Shown here: positions 37,505 through 47,596 of the stretch, piece after piece
Layout of the letters: the number at the start of each line of letters is the position of its first letter
Position numbering within the stretch: position 1 is the first letter of the stretch
From: Desulfobacterales bacterium
GTDB lineage: Bacteria > Desulfobacterota > Desulfobacteria > Desulfobacterales > UBA5852
Assembly: GCA_963674755.2 (NCBI GenBank)
Contig: CAXXVS010000002.1
Coordinates: 1,952,001 to 2,016,000 of the forward strand
Length of the DNA stretch: 64,000 nucleotides
Reading direction: 5' to 3'
The notes under the pieces: model-generated
Seen by the model: the letters and a program-made list of their open reading frames with translations, nothing else
What the model was told of the DNA's origin: nothing
Databases searched by the model: none
Made by a program: the position numbers and the translations under genes

Positions 37505-39340
37505 TCAAGACTTTTCCGCTATTTTGACCACCACCACGGTCACATCGTCGGACTGCGGGGTGCTGCCCCGGAAGTCCGTCATCTCGGCCGTCATCGTCTG
37601 CAGGATGGCGTTGCTGTCCCGATGGGCGTTTTGGCGTAGGATGGCATAGATGCGTTCTTTTCCGAATCTTTCGCCGGCCTGATTTTCCGTTTCCCACAAG
37701 CCGTCGGTACCGATGACGATGATTTGCCCTTCTTTCAGGTTCGAATAACAGTTTTCGGCATATACGACCGATTCGTCGAATCCCAAAGCCACGCCCGCCC
37801 CCTTGAGCTGGATGACGGTATCGGCGCGGGGGTCGTAAACAATCGCCGGATCGTGTCCGGCGCGCACCCAGCGAAGCGCCATGGCGTCCGGATCGACCGT
37901 CATGAGAAAGAGGGTCATAAAGCTCGCCGAATCAGATGTATCCCGACACAACAATTGATTGATATCGGTGACCACGGAAGACAGTTCGCCGTCGCTGACA
38001 AGGCGGCCGCGCAGCAAACCACGCACCGTCGTCATCAGCAGGGCCGCCGAAATCCCATGGCCCACCCCATCCCCGACCACAGCGATAAAAGGCCCGCGGT
38101 CATCTTCCGCCAACCGCAAATAGTCGTAATAGTCGCCGCCCGTCTGGTCGCAATAGATACTCTGCCCCGCGATATCGAGCCCGGCGACGTGCGGTGTTCC
38201 CCGGGGAAGGAAGCTGCGCTGGACTTCCATGGCCAGGTCAAGGGCCTGCCTGAGGCTGATCCGCTCCTCCAACTGGCCTGCCATGGCGTTGAAAGCGCGC
38301 GCCAGGTCGCCGACTTCATCGTCGCGTTTGACGGGGACATTGATGTCAAAGCGGCCCTCCGACAACGTCCGTGCCGCGTCGGAGACGTTCGTGACCGTCG
38401 TCAGCACGCCCTTGCTGACGTATCGTATCAGGAGAAAAATAATCAGTATGAAGGCGATGATGCTCAGACCGTAAAGAAAGCGGAAATGGATCACCGGCGC
38501 CAAAATTTCTTGGGTCGGAGACATGATGACCAGGCTCCAGGGCGCGGCCTCCAGCCGGCAATAACTGATCACTTGTTGCGAGGGATAGTCATCTCCGCGA
38601 ATGGTGCCGCAAGGCTTGCCGCGCAACGCCTTGAGCGTCATTCGTTCGACTTCGTCACCGTTGTCGCCAAGCCGTTTACGGTCGGGACCGAAACTGTCGG
38701 TCAAAAAAGTGCCGGTAGTGTCGACCAGGGCGGTGTTGCCATCCTGTCGCCAGGGAACAGGATCCAGGGCCTGCAGGAGGTAACTGAAATCCACGACCAT
38801 CTCCAAGGCGCCTATTGTCATGCCGGATCGGTCGCGCAGGTCGGAAACGATGGAGATGGTCTTACCCTTCACAAGATCATCGTAACGGAATCGCATGGTT
38901 TGGGGAAAAGATCTGTTGGCGGCCGGAGGGGCGAATGCCTGGGCCGCCGATCGCGCCGCTGGTTGGCTGGCCCGCCCCCCATTGGACGCCGTATCTGATG
39001 ACGCCAAAGCGTTATGCCCCTCGATCTCAACGCGCACGATGCCCTCTTCCGCTTCGGCTTCCCGAATGATCCAGTCCTGAATCTCTTCGGCATGGGGTTC
39101 ATCGGCGGCTTCCTGAAACAGGCGGATCCACTGGATGACCTTGTTCAGGCGCGCATCGACCATGCGGGCGTTCTTTTGCAGTTGCAGAAGGGTTGTTTGC
39201 TGCCATTGGCGTATGAGATAGTTGGAGCCCAGCATAAAACCTGTGGCGCCCATACCGATCAGCAGCAATAGGACGGGGCCGATCAGATACAACATATACG
39301 CTTGCCGAAGGGATTTTGGTTTGAACATCTTTTTAAGCAT
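37505..39340 (-). CDS. Membrane sensor with HAMP and PP2C (SpoIIE) phosphatase domains
   Basis: Two TM segments, HAMP (DEVGDLARAFNAM), GGDYYD, GDGVGHG, RAGHDP, TDGLWE, DDVTVV. Confidence 0.9.
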   Translation of the reverse strand: MLKKMFKPKSLRQAYMLYLIGPVLLLLIGMGATGFMLGSNYLIRQWQQTTLLQLQKNARMVDARLNKVIQWIRLFQEAADEPHAEEIQDWIIREAEAEEGIVRVEIEGHNALASSDTASNGGRASQPAARSAAQAFAPPAANRSFPQTMRFRYDDLVKGKTISIVSDLRDRSGMTIGALEMVVDFSYLLQALDPVPWRQDGNTALVDTTGTFLTDSFGPDRKRLGDNGDEVERMTLKALRGKPCGTIRGDDYPSQQVISYCRLEAAPWSLVIMSPTQEILAPVIHFRFLYGLSIIAFILIIFLLIRYVSKGVLTTVTNVSDAARTLSEGRFDINVPVKRDDEVGDLARAFNAMAGQLEERISLRQALDLAMEVQRSFLPRGTPHVAGLDIAGQSIYCDQTGGDYYDYLRLAEDDRGPFIAVVGDGVGHGISAALLMTTVRGLLRGRLVSDGELSSVVTDINQLLCRDTSDSASFMTLFLMTVDPDAMALRWVRAGHDPAIVYDPRADTVIQLKGAGVALGFDESVVYAENCYSNLKEGQIIVIGTDGLWETENQAGERFGKERIYAILRQNAHRDSNAILQTMTAEMTDFRGSTPQSDDVTVVVVKIAEKS

Positions 39341-39625
39341 TGAACGTCAAAAAGACCTTTCGATCAATCAACCTGGGTTGTGATCACTTTTTTGGTTTGG
39401 GGGAAGCCTTCGAGAAACATCGCTTCCGCCTGAACCATACCGGTTCTGCAAAGGCCAATTCCGGAAAACGGTTTTTCATACGATGGTGCGCCTATCGATC
39501 TACGCGCCTGACCGGTTCCTGTCCGTCGCCAAAGCGCCTTCCAATCTCACCGCCCACCGCCACTATTTTCTTCTATAGCCGGATAAAACGGGATCAACAA
39601 GAGAATTCCATGCAAATCCGGCATC

Positions 39626-39657
39626 TTCATTCTATCTTCACGATGGTGCGGTATACT
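39626..39657 (+). promoter_or_regulatory. OmpR-type tandem box promoter 2
   Basis: TTCAT-N6-TTCAC-N10-TATACT. Confidence 0.6.
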
Positions 39658-39835
39658 TCCCGGGTAACACCATGCTCAGACAGTCGGGAGATAAGCGCTT
39701 GACAATTAACTTCGCTGCGAGGCGATCCCCGTTATCCGCCGGAAGTCGTCGCCTGACGTCAAACGGGAACGCCGCCGCCTATTCCATTCGGATATAGATA
39801 GCGGAAAAATGGCAAAACGATTCCTTTCTCCCCCC

Positions 39836-39867
39836 TTCATCCTTCCTTCATTTTCACCTGTTAAAAT
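39836..39867 (+). promoter_or_regulatory. OmpR-type tandem box promoter 3 (arn operon)
   Basis: TTCAT-N6-TTCAT-N10-TAAAAT. Confidence 0.65.
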
Positions 39868-39938
39868 TCCAAATAAAGGTGGCTCGGATTATGAAGATCA
39901 GCGATGTCAACACTGAATCGGGGTAAAGGAAAGAGACG

Positions 39939-40085
39939 ATGTCGTCCGCGGGCCTGCCGTTTTCCACGCCGTCCATCAGCGAACCGGAAATCGAGGCGGC
40001 CGCCCAAGTCCTGCGTTCCGGGTGGACTAGCACCGGGCGCGCACAGCCGATTGGGCCGGTTCATTTTGACGGGCTACCGGCGTGA
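39939..40085 (+). pseudogene. arnB: arnB remnant (UDP-Ara4N aminotransferase fragments)
   Basis: Own translation MSSAGLPFSTPSISEPEIEAAAQVLRSGWTSTG-RAQPIGPVHFDGLPA*: ArnB N-terminus (LPFSRP...SGWITTG) joined to the internal PVHxAG motif. Confidence 0.75.
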
Positions 40086-40390
40086 TGAATTTATCGGGTT
40101 GGTATGTACACCGGACACCCACAATGATAATTTGCTTGATTTGATCCGCCCTGATCGGCTTAATATATCGACCATCCACACCGAAGCCGAAGGGGGGCGG
40201 CGGGTGTTTGGCGATGTTTCACGATTTCCTGGACAAAGCCGTCCAGCGGGATACCGTCTTCGAACCGCTGGGCGAGGCCCTAAGCCGGAAGTCGAAGGCT
40301 GAAAGATCCGCGATAAACCAAGAGGCCGTTCCCGATAGGCAGGGCTGGCTATCCTGTCAAGCCACGCCCATCGACAACCATCAAATTTGA
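40084..40390 (+). pseudogene. arnD: arnD 3' remnant, frameshifted
   Basis: DEFIG...STIHTEAEG then, in another frame, FHDFLDKA...FEPLGE...DRQGWLSCQ; resembles the ArnD C-terminus (DEVIG, TIHAEVEG, GREGWLGCQ). Confidence 0.75.
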
Positions 40391-40410
40391 CATAGAAGGC
40401 CATTGGCACC

Positions 40411-42117
40411 ATGAATGACGTGAACACCCCTGCCTTGATGAACCATAAAGCATTGCCCGCGATCCTGTTGCTGTCTTTTTTTCTACTTGCCTATATCCTG
40501 CCACTTGGCGTCCGCAATCTCGCTGTCCCGGATGAAACGCGCTATGGGGAGATCCCCCGCGAAATGATCGCCAGCGGCGACTGGATCGTGCCGCGCCTCG
40601 ACGGGGTCCGCTATTTTGAAAAGCCGGTGCTGGGCTATTGGGTGCAGGCGGGATCCCTGCTCTTGTTCGGCGAAAACAATTTTGCCGTGCGCCTGCCGTC
40701 CGCGCTGGCGGTCGGGCTTTCAGCGCTGTTGGTATGGTTCCTGGTCGGCCGCGCGATACCTGGTCGCGACCGCGAGGGCCGTTTTACGGCGTTCCTTGCT
40801 ACGCTGATTTTTCTGTCCTGTTTCGAAGTGTTCGGCGTGGGCAATACGGCTGTCCTGGACAGTCTGTTTTCGTTTTTCCTGACCGCCTGCATCGCTGCCT
40901 TTTATCTCGCCACCGAAGCGCCGCCCGGCCGCTCCAAGGAAAAGGGGTTGCTGATGCTGGCCGGTCTGGCCTGCGGCCTGGCCTTTCTGACCAAAGGTTT
41001 TCTGGCGATTGCCGTGCCGGTTATGGTGGTGGCGCCCTATCTGGTCTGGCAGCGCCGCTATGCCGATTTGCTGCGCATGGCCTGGCTGCCGATAATAACC
41101 GCTGTCGTCGTGGCCTTGCCGTGGAGCATCCTGATCCATTTGAGAGAACCGGATTTCTGGCGGTTTTTCTTCTGGAACGAACATATCCGCCGCTTTATGG
41201 CCGACAATGCGCAGCACAAGGAGGCTTTCTGGTTCTTTTTTCTGCTAGCGCCGGGCATGTTTCTCCCATGGGCATTCGTGGTTCCGGCGGCAGTCTCGGG
41301 CGTCAGAACCCGCCTAATTGGACAGGGGCCGGTTACCCGACTGCTCAGACTATGCATTTGCTGGCTGGTGCTGCCCTTCTTGTTTTTCTCTCTGTCGAGG
41401 GGAAAATTGCTCACCTATATTCTGCCCTGCTTTCCGCCCTTCGCCATTCTCCTGTCCTTCGGGTTGCTGCGGGTACTCACCCAAAACCCGCGTTACAAGC
41501 TTTTTCAAAGGGGCGTTGCTGCAAGTGCCGCGCTTTTCGGACTCATCCTGGTGGCATTCTTGTATGGTCAATTGATGGGTATCCATGGAATGCATCCTTA
41601 CAGCCAGCCATGGAAGGCCGTGATGGTCGTCAACGGCCTTATCTTCTTTGTCCTGTTTGGCATCTGGTCGATCCGAAATCAGAGCGCACACCGCAAGCTC
41701 ATCCTCTTTGGCCTGTCCCCGGCCCTCCTTTTTCTGGTCGTCCACTTCACCATACCGGATATTGTCAATTTGAAAAAATCGCCCGGCCCCTTTCTTGAGC
41801 AGCACAAGTCGGATATCGCCGCCGATACGATTGTCATTTCCGAAGGAGATGTGATCCGGGCGACTTGCTGGTACCTGCGGCGCAGCGATGTCTACGTACT
41901 CGGCAAGGCCGGTGAACTCAATGAAGGTATGCAATATAAGGATGCCAGGGGAAGAATGCTCGATATAAAGTCCGCGGTCGAACTGATAGACCAAAACCGT
42001 GGCAAAACCATTCTGATCGCCAAAGCTAAAACACTTTCCCTGTTGCGGAAGGTCCTCCCGCGACCTGTTTTAGAAGACCAGAGCGGCCCCTCCGGGTATG
42101 CGCTCTGGAAATATTGA
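40411..42117 (+). CDS. arnT: Lipid A 4-amino-4-deoxy-L-arabinose transferase
   Basis: PDETRYGEIPREM, RYFEKPVLGYW, FLTKGF, FFWNEHIRRF, GKLLTYILP. Confidence 0.9.
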   Translation: MNDVNTPALMNHKALPAILLLSFFLLAYILPLGVRNLAVPDETRYGEIPREMIASGDWIVPRLDGVRYFEKPVLGYWVQAGSLLLFGENNFAVRLPSALAVGLSALLVWFLVGRAIPGRDREGRFTAFLATLIFLSCFEVFGVGNTAVLDSLFSFFLTACIAAFYLATEAPPGRSKEKGLLMLAGLACGLAFLTKGFLAIAVPVMVVAPYLVWQRRYADLLRMAWLPIITAVVVALPWSILIHLREPDFWRFFFWNEHIRRFMADNAQHKEAFWFFFLLAPGMFLPWAFVVPAAVSGVRTRLIGQGPVTRLLRLCICWLVLPFLFFSLSRGKLLTYILPCFPPFAILLSFGLLRVLTQNPRYKLFQRGVAASAALFGLILVAFLYGQLMGIHGMHPYSQPWKAVMVVNGLIFFVLFGIWSIRNQSAHRKLILFGLSPALLFLVVHFTIPDIVNLKKSPGPFLEQHKSDIAADTIVISEGDVIRATCWYLRRSDVYVLGKAGELNEGMQYKDARGRMLDIKSAVELIDQNRGKTILIAKAKTLSLLRKVLPRPVLEDQSGPSGYALWKY

Positions 42118-42206
42118 AAATTCGTTGTTTGGCAGCATCTTCAGACGACAGTGACCTCTTCGGGGATATCTGCTCAAAACGTTGATGATATTTTGGGGAG
42201 ACGGTT

Positions 42207-42890
42207 ATGAGGCTTTTGATCGTTGACGATGACAACTTATTGCTGGAGCAGATCCGGCAAGTGTTGGCCGGCCAGCGCTATATCGTCGAGACGGCAACGA
42301 ATGGTGAAGCAGCGTTGGACAAACTATTCGACAACCCTTTCGACGGAATGATCCTCGACATCATGATGCCGAAAGTCGACGGATGGACCGTCTTGGATGA
42401 AGTGCGCAAGGCCGGGATGGACATCCCTGTCCTCATGCTTACAGCCAAGGGTGAGGTGGCGGACAGGGTCAAGGGTCTCGACCTCGGCGCGGATGACTAT
42501 CTTGCCAAACCGTTTTCCCTGGATGAACTGCTGGCCCGAGTGCGGGCCATGCTCCGAAGAGCCTTAGGCCAGTGTGAATCCGTGCTGCAGGTTTGTGATT
42601 TAAAACTGGACACGGTAAGCCGCAAGGTCACCAAAAATGAACGGCCGGTCGAATTGACCCCCCGCGAGTTCGCCATCCTTGAATTTCTCCTTCACAATAT
42701 GGGACGTGTCGTGTCACGTTTCAGCCTGGCCGAACATGTGTGGGGCGATGATTTCGATCCGTTCAACATGTCCAATTTCATCGATGTTCACATGAAAAAT
42801 CTCCGCCAGAAAATAGGGGATTCGGGCCAGGGCAAAATCATCCGAACCATCCGCGGTGTGGGCTACATTATCGAAGACGCTGACCAATGA
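42207..42890 (+). CDS. OmpR-family response regulator
   Basis: LIVDDD, LDIMMP, GADDYLAKPF, LTPREF, IRTIRGVGY. Confidence 0.95.
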   Translation: MRLLIVDDDNLLLEQIRQVLAGQRYIVETATNGEAALDKLFDNPFDGMILDIMMPKVDGWTVLDEVRKAGMDIPVLMLTAKGEVADRVKGLDLGADDYLAKPFSLDELLARVRAMLRRALGQCESVLQVCDLKLDTVSRKVTKNERPVELTPREFAILEFLLHNMGRVVSRFSLAEHVWGDDFDPFNMSNFIDVHMKNLRQKIGDSGQGKIIRTIRGVGYIIEDADQ

Positions 42891-44286
42891 CCGTCAAGAC
42901 ACGAATCACCCTCTACATTGTCGGGGCCGGCTCCATCGCCAGTCTCCTGTTTTCCGTTGTCGTGTTTTTCGAATTGATAGAGCAGCCCTTCAAGATTTTG
43001 GATGCCGTACTGCGAAAAGAAGCTTTTCAAGCCGTCAGAATATACATGTTAGAACGCAAGAACGCAGATGCTGGGTCCCCGGAAGTGTTTTCCCAGAATT
43101 TGGGCTATTCGTGGGCGGCGATTTATGACCCGGACACCGATAAAATTCTCTTTCAGTCAGATCTGGCCAAACGGGTAAAACTGCCCCCGCTAAAAATCGG
43201 TACCAGCGCAGTCGTCAGCGCCACCATCCCCATCGGGCCGGCGGTCTGGACCAGGGTGACCACCACGAGGAGACCTTCAGCGTCAGAAGGTATCGGATCA
43301 TTTTAAACGGCGAGCCATTCGTTGTGCAGACCGCATGGCCCATGGAGAAATTGAAAGATGAAATTTGGGAACTGGTTCTAGTAATTTTCGCGGGGCTCAT
43401 CTTTTCCACCCTGGCCCTGGTCGCCATCAGTCATGTCGTGGCCGGTAAAATCCTTCGGCCGATTGGCCAAATGAAAGACCTGGCGCAGGTTATCAGCGAA
43501 AAGAATCTGGACCAACGCATTCCGGTTGGTGAAGAACGGGATGAATTCAGTGAACTGGCTAAAACCATCAATCGAATGCTGGACCGGCTGCAATACTCTT
43601 TTGTGCGGCAAAGGGATTTTCTGTTCGACACTTCCCATGAATTAAAAACACCCCTAACGACCATGCGGCTTGCTGTCGATGAAATTTGCGCCGCCAACCA
43701 GGAAAACCTGCCGCCCCTCCTGCGGGGCGACCTCCTCCGCTTGAACACCCAGGTCTTGCGTATGGAACGCTTGGTCAAGGATCTCTTGAACCTGTCTGCC
43801 TTGGAAACGCTGACCGGTTTGGATCGTAAGCCCCTGGGCCTGAACGCCCTGTTGTCATCCCTGATAGAGGAGTACCGGTTCCTTGCCGAAGCACACCATA
43901 TTACAATCGAGGCCGGCCTTCCTTCAAAACTCGCCCTTCTGGGGGATGAAAAAAAATTGCGGCGCGCCTTTTCAAACATCTTGGACAATGCCATCAAGTA
44001 CAATGTCGAAGGGGGCCGGATTGAGCTGACAGGCGGTCAATCCGCCAGCGAACTGACGATCGCTGTCGGCAACACGGGCCCCGGCGTTCCCGAAGCGGAA
44101 ATCCCCAAGGTCTTTGATCAATTCTACCGAGTTGAAAAGTCCCGCTCGATCGATTATGGCGGCTCCGGCCTGGGGCTGGCCATCGTCAAGCGCATCATCG
44201 AGCTTCATGAGGGCAGGGTGGCCTTTGAAAGCCGTCCGGGGGACTGGACGCAGGTGACGATCCATTTACCCCCCCATCAAGGGTGA
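42887..44286 (+). pseudogene. HAMP sensor histidine kinase split by a frameshift
   Basis: ORF 42887-43306 has TM1 and the periplasmic part; the frame ending at 44286 has TM2, HAMP, SHELKTP, NILDNAIKY and GSGLGL. The frames overlap openly around 43230-43245. Confidence 0.8.
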
Positions 44287-44335
44287 TCCCGGTATGCAAA
44301 CCGATGTCTTTCACAACTCTATTGGGAAAAGGACC

Positions 44336-44896
44336 ATGAAGCGCGACAACCCCTGGCAGACCCTCGGTAGCCGCATCGTCTATCAAAATCCCTGGCTGCG
44401 GCTGCGTGAAGATCAGGTGATTCGTCCCGACGGCAAGGAGGGCATCTACGGCGTGGTCGAAATACGGCCGTCCGTGGGCATCGTGGCGCTGAACGCGGAA
44501 GACGATGTTGCCCTTGTGGGGCAGTGGCGCTATGCGCACCACAAGTTTTCATGGGAAATACCGACCGGGGGCTCCTCAGGGGAAGATGCGGTTATCATCG
44601 AGGCGGCCAAAAGGGAGCTTGAGGAGGAGACGGGCCTGCGGGCCGCCCGCTGGACGCCCCTGGGCTGCATCGACAACAGCAACGGGGTCACCACCGATGT
44701 GGCCCATCTGTACCTGGCGAGGGAACTGACCCTTGGGCCTCCGAAGCAGGACCCTGAAGAACGGATCGTTACCCGCTGGGTCGCCTTTCCCCGGGCCGTT
44801 CAAATGGCCATAAACGGGGAGATCACCGAATCCTGCAGTGTCGCCGCTCTCCTTAAAGTGAAAAACCTGCGCCGGTCAGAGACCGATCGTGCCTAA
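44336..44896 (+). CDS. NUDIX hydrolase (ADP-ribose pyrophosphatase-like)
   Basis: WEIPTGG...AAKRELEEETG Nudix box; alternative start 44294. Confidence 0.9.
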   Translation: MKRDNPWQTLGSRIVYQNPWLRLREDQVIRPDGKEGIYGVVEIRPSVGIVALNAEDDVALVGQWRYAHHKFSWEIPTGGSSGEDAVIIEAAKRELEEETGLRAARWTPLGCIDNSNGVTTDVAHLYLARELTLGPPKQDPEERIVTRWVAFPRAVQMAINGEITESCSVAALLKVKNLRRSETDRA

Positions 44897-45071
44897 GCTG
44901 GATAAAGACCATCCGGCCCCCGTCAGCTGACCATGTAAAGTCCCCTCCCCATGGCAGGTGCCGGCCGGCGGCCGACAGCAGAGTCGCTCGACCCCACCGA
45001 AGACCTCCGGCCGTTGGAAATGGTTCTTCCCGTCAAAGTCTTCGTCCGACCCGGGAAGACATTTGCAATTT

Positions 45072-46025
45072 CTATAGGTTGCTATCCAGATAGGCCTCGA
45101 ATGCCGGGACCCCGGGCTTGCCGTCCACCGTGGTCACGCCTTCGAGCCAGCCCTGGTAGGATTCCGGGTGGGCCTTGACCCATTGCAGACCGGCCTGGCG
45201 ATGGGTCAAAGATTTGTCCTTGTAGACCGTCGTCATGATCTGGTTCATCATGGCGACCGGGAAGGTCATGTTCTTGAACAGTTTGGCCGCGTTGGGCTGA
45301 TCTTCGGCAAACCCCTTACGGATGTTGGTCCAGACCGTGGCCGTGCCGTCGTTGGGACCGAAGGTGGCGTTCGTGCTGCCCGTGAGATAGGTCATGTCGA
45401 TGCGCTCGTTCATGCTGTGGGGCGCCCAGCCCAGGAAGACGATGCAGCGCTTCTGCTTGACGCGGGACTGCACTTCGGCCAGCATGGCCACCTCGCTGGA
45501 GGGCACCAGCTTGAACTTGCCCAGGCCGAACATGTTCTTTTCGATCATGTCGCGGATGATCAGGTTGCCGTCGTTGCCGGCCTCGATACCGTGGATCTGG
45601 TAGTTGAGTTCTTTGCCGAATTTGGCGATGTCGCTGAAATCCTTGAGACCCTTCTCGGCGCAAAAAGTAGGTACGGCCAAGGTATATTTGGCCCCGGGCA
45701 TGTTGGCCACGTATTGAATCACCGACCCCTTCTTGAAAAACTTGTCGGCGATGCTGGCCATGGAGGGCATCCAATTGCCCAAAAAGACATCCACGTCGCC
45801 GGCATCCAGCGCGGTGTAGACAAAGGGCACGGCCAAGACCTTGTTGTCGGTCTCGTAACCCAGGCTCTTCAGAACGGCCATGGCCAGTTCGGTCTTGATG
45901 GTGACGCCGGTCCAGGTCACGCTGGCCAGTTTGATCTTGGGGGCGGCCGGCGCGGCGGCGGCAAAGGAAACGATGAAAGCAACCAGGACGCCGATAAGAA
46001 GCATCCGTTTGAATGAATAGGACAT
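45072..46025 (-). CDS. Glycine betaine/choline ABC substrate-binding protein
   Basis: GAGGAGG RBS, signal peptide, VTWTG, DVFLGNWMPS, GIEAGNDGN, FLGWAPHSMN. Confidence 0.88.
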   Translation of the reverse strand: MSYSFKRMLLIGVLVAFIVSFAAAAPAAPKIKLASVTWTGVTIKTELAMAVLKSLGYETDNKVLAVPFVYTALDAGDVDVFLGNWMPSMASIADKFFKKGSVIQYVANMPGAKYTLAVPTFCAEKGLKDFSDIAKFGKELNYQIHGIEAGNDGNLIIRDMIEKNMFGLGKFKLVPSSEVAMLAEVQSRVKQKRCIVFLGWAPHSMNERIDMTYLTGSTNATFGPNDGTATVWTNIRKGFAEDQPNAAKLFKNMTFPVAMMNQIMTTVYKDKSLTHRQAGLQWVKAHPESYQGWLEGVTTVDGKPGVPAFEAYLDSNL

Positions 46026-46120
46026 AAAACCTCCTCTATTGGGGTGAATGACAGCGAAACCGGACAATCCAGCGGTTTCAGGGGGCCCACGTGAGGCCTT
46101 TAAATGGGATGACAGAATGC

Positions 46121-47596
46121 TTAATTGCCGAACCAGTTGATTGCGCGGGTCTCGTAATTACGATAGATATATTTGATTTCGGTGTATTCTTCGAGGCCCT
46201 GGCGCCCCAGTTCACGACCGATGCCGGATTGTTTGAAGCCGCCCCAGGGGGCCTGCGCGAAATAGACGTTGAAATCGTTGATCCATACTGTGCCGAAACG
46301 CAGGGCCCGAGCCACCCGTTCCATGCGGTCCGGCTCCCGCGTCCAGAAGCCGGCGGAAAGACCGTAGACCGTGTTGTTGGCGAGGGTCACGGCTTCTTCC
46401 TCGCTGTGAAACCGCTCCACCGTGACCACGGGCCCGAAAACTTCCTCCTGCACGATGTGCATGGGGGTTTCGCACCCCGTAAAAAGCGTCGGGCGGTAAA
46501 AAAATCCCGCCTGTAGTTCAGGGTCGTCGGGCCGCGTCCCGCCCAGCACCAAATGCGCCCCCGCCTTTTGCGCCCGGGCCACATATCCCTCCACCTTGTC
46601 CCGGTGTTCGGCGGAGATAAGGGGCCCCATCTGGGTGCCCTCCTCCAGGCCGTTGCCCAGAACGATACGCATCATACGGCCGCACAGGGCTTCGACAAAG
46701 CGGTCGTGCACGCCGTCCTGGACCAGGAGACGCGCTCCGGCCGAACAGATCTGCCCGGCATGGAAGAAGACCCCGTTTAGAGCGTAGTCCACGGCCAAAT
46801 CGAAATCCGCGTCGTCGAAAATGATGTTGGGGTTCTTGCCCCCCAGTTCCAGAGCCACCCGTTTCACGTTGCCGGCCGCCGCACGCATAATGCCCTTGCC
46901 CGTGGCGATGCCACCGGTAAAGGAAATCAGATCTACACCGTCATTTTCGGCCAATTCGGCCCCCACCTCCGGCCCAGGTCCCAGGACGGTGTTCACCACT
47001 CCCGGGGGAAAACCCGCCTCTTCGGCCAAAGCCGTGATCTTGAGCGTCGTCAGGGGGGTAATCTCGCTGGGTTTCATGACGATGGTGCAGCCGGCTGCCA
47101 GGGCCGGCGCCATTTTCCAGGAGGCCTGCAGGAGCGGGTAGTTCCAAGGCGAAATCTGGCCGCATACCCCCACCGGTTCTCGCACCACCCGGCTGGCAGT
47201 ACCAGGGTGCGGGGAGGCCAGCACCTCGCCGCCCTCCTTGTCGGCCAGCCCGGCATAGTAGCGGAAGATGCCGGCGATATCGCCCATATCCCAGCGGCTC
47301 TCGGTCAGGGTCTTGCCGGTGTCCAGTGTTTCCAGTCGGGCCAGTTCTTCGCGATCGCGTTCGATCAGACCGGCCAGGCGTTCCAGCAGGCGGCCCCGCT
47401 CCGTCGCCGGAGTCGGCGGCCAGTCCCCTTTATCAAAGCAGCGCCGGGCCGCCGCCACAGCGGCGACAGCATCCTCGCGTCCGCCTTCGGCCACCCGGGC
47501 GATGACCGAACCGTCGAAGGGATTGATCACGGTGCGTTGCCGGCCGGAAGCGGCCGCCTGCCAGCAACCGTCGATATAATGGCAGCCCTGGATCAT
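46121..47596 (-). CDS. betB: Betaine aldehyde dehydrogenase
   Basis: PWNYP, KPSEITP, FTGG, LELGGKNP, GQICSAG, EEVFGP; follows betA. Confidence 0.9.
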   Translation of the reverse strand: MIQGCHYIDGCWQAAASGRQRTVINPFDGSVIARVAEGGREDAVAAVAAARRCFDKGDWPPTPATERGRLLERLAGLIERDREELARLETLDTGKTLTESRWDMGDIAGIFRYYAGLADKEGGEVLASPHPGTASRVVREPVGVCGQISPWNYPLLQASWKMAPALAAGCTIVMKPSEITPLTTLKITALAEEAGFPPGVVNTVLGPGPEVGAELAENDGVDLISFTGGIATGKGIMRAAAGNVKRVALELGGKNPNIIFDDADFDLAVDYALNGVFFHAGQICSAGARLLVQDGVHDRFVEALCGRMMRIVLGNGLEEGTQMGPLISAEHRDKVEGYVARAQKAGAHLVLGGTRPDDPELQAGFFYRPTLFTGCETPMHIVQEEVFGPVVTVERFHSEEEAVTLANNTVYGLSAGFWTREPDRMERVARALRFGTVWINDFNVYFAQAPWGGFKQSGIGRELGRQGLEEYTEIKYIYRNYETRAINWFGN

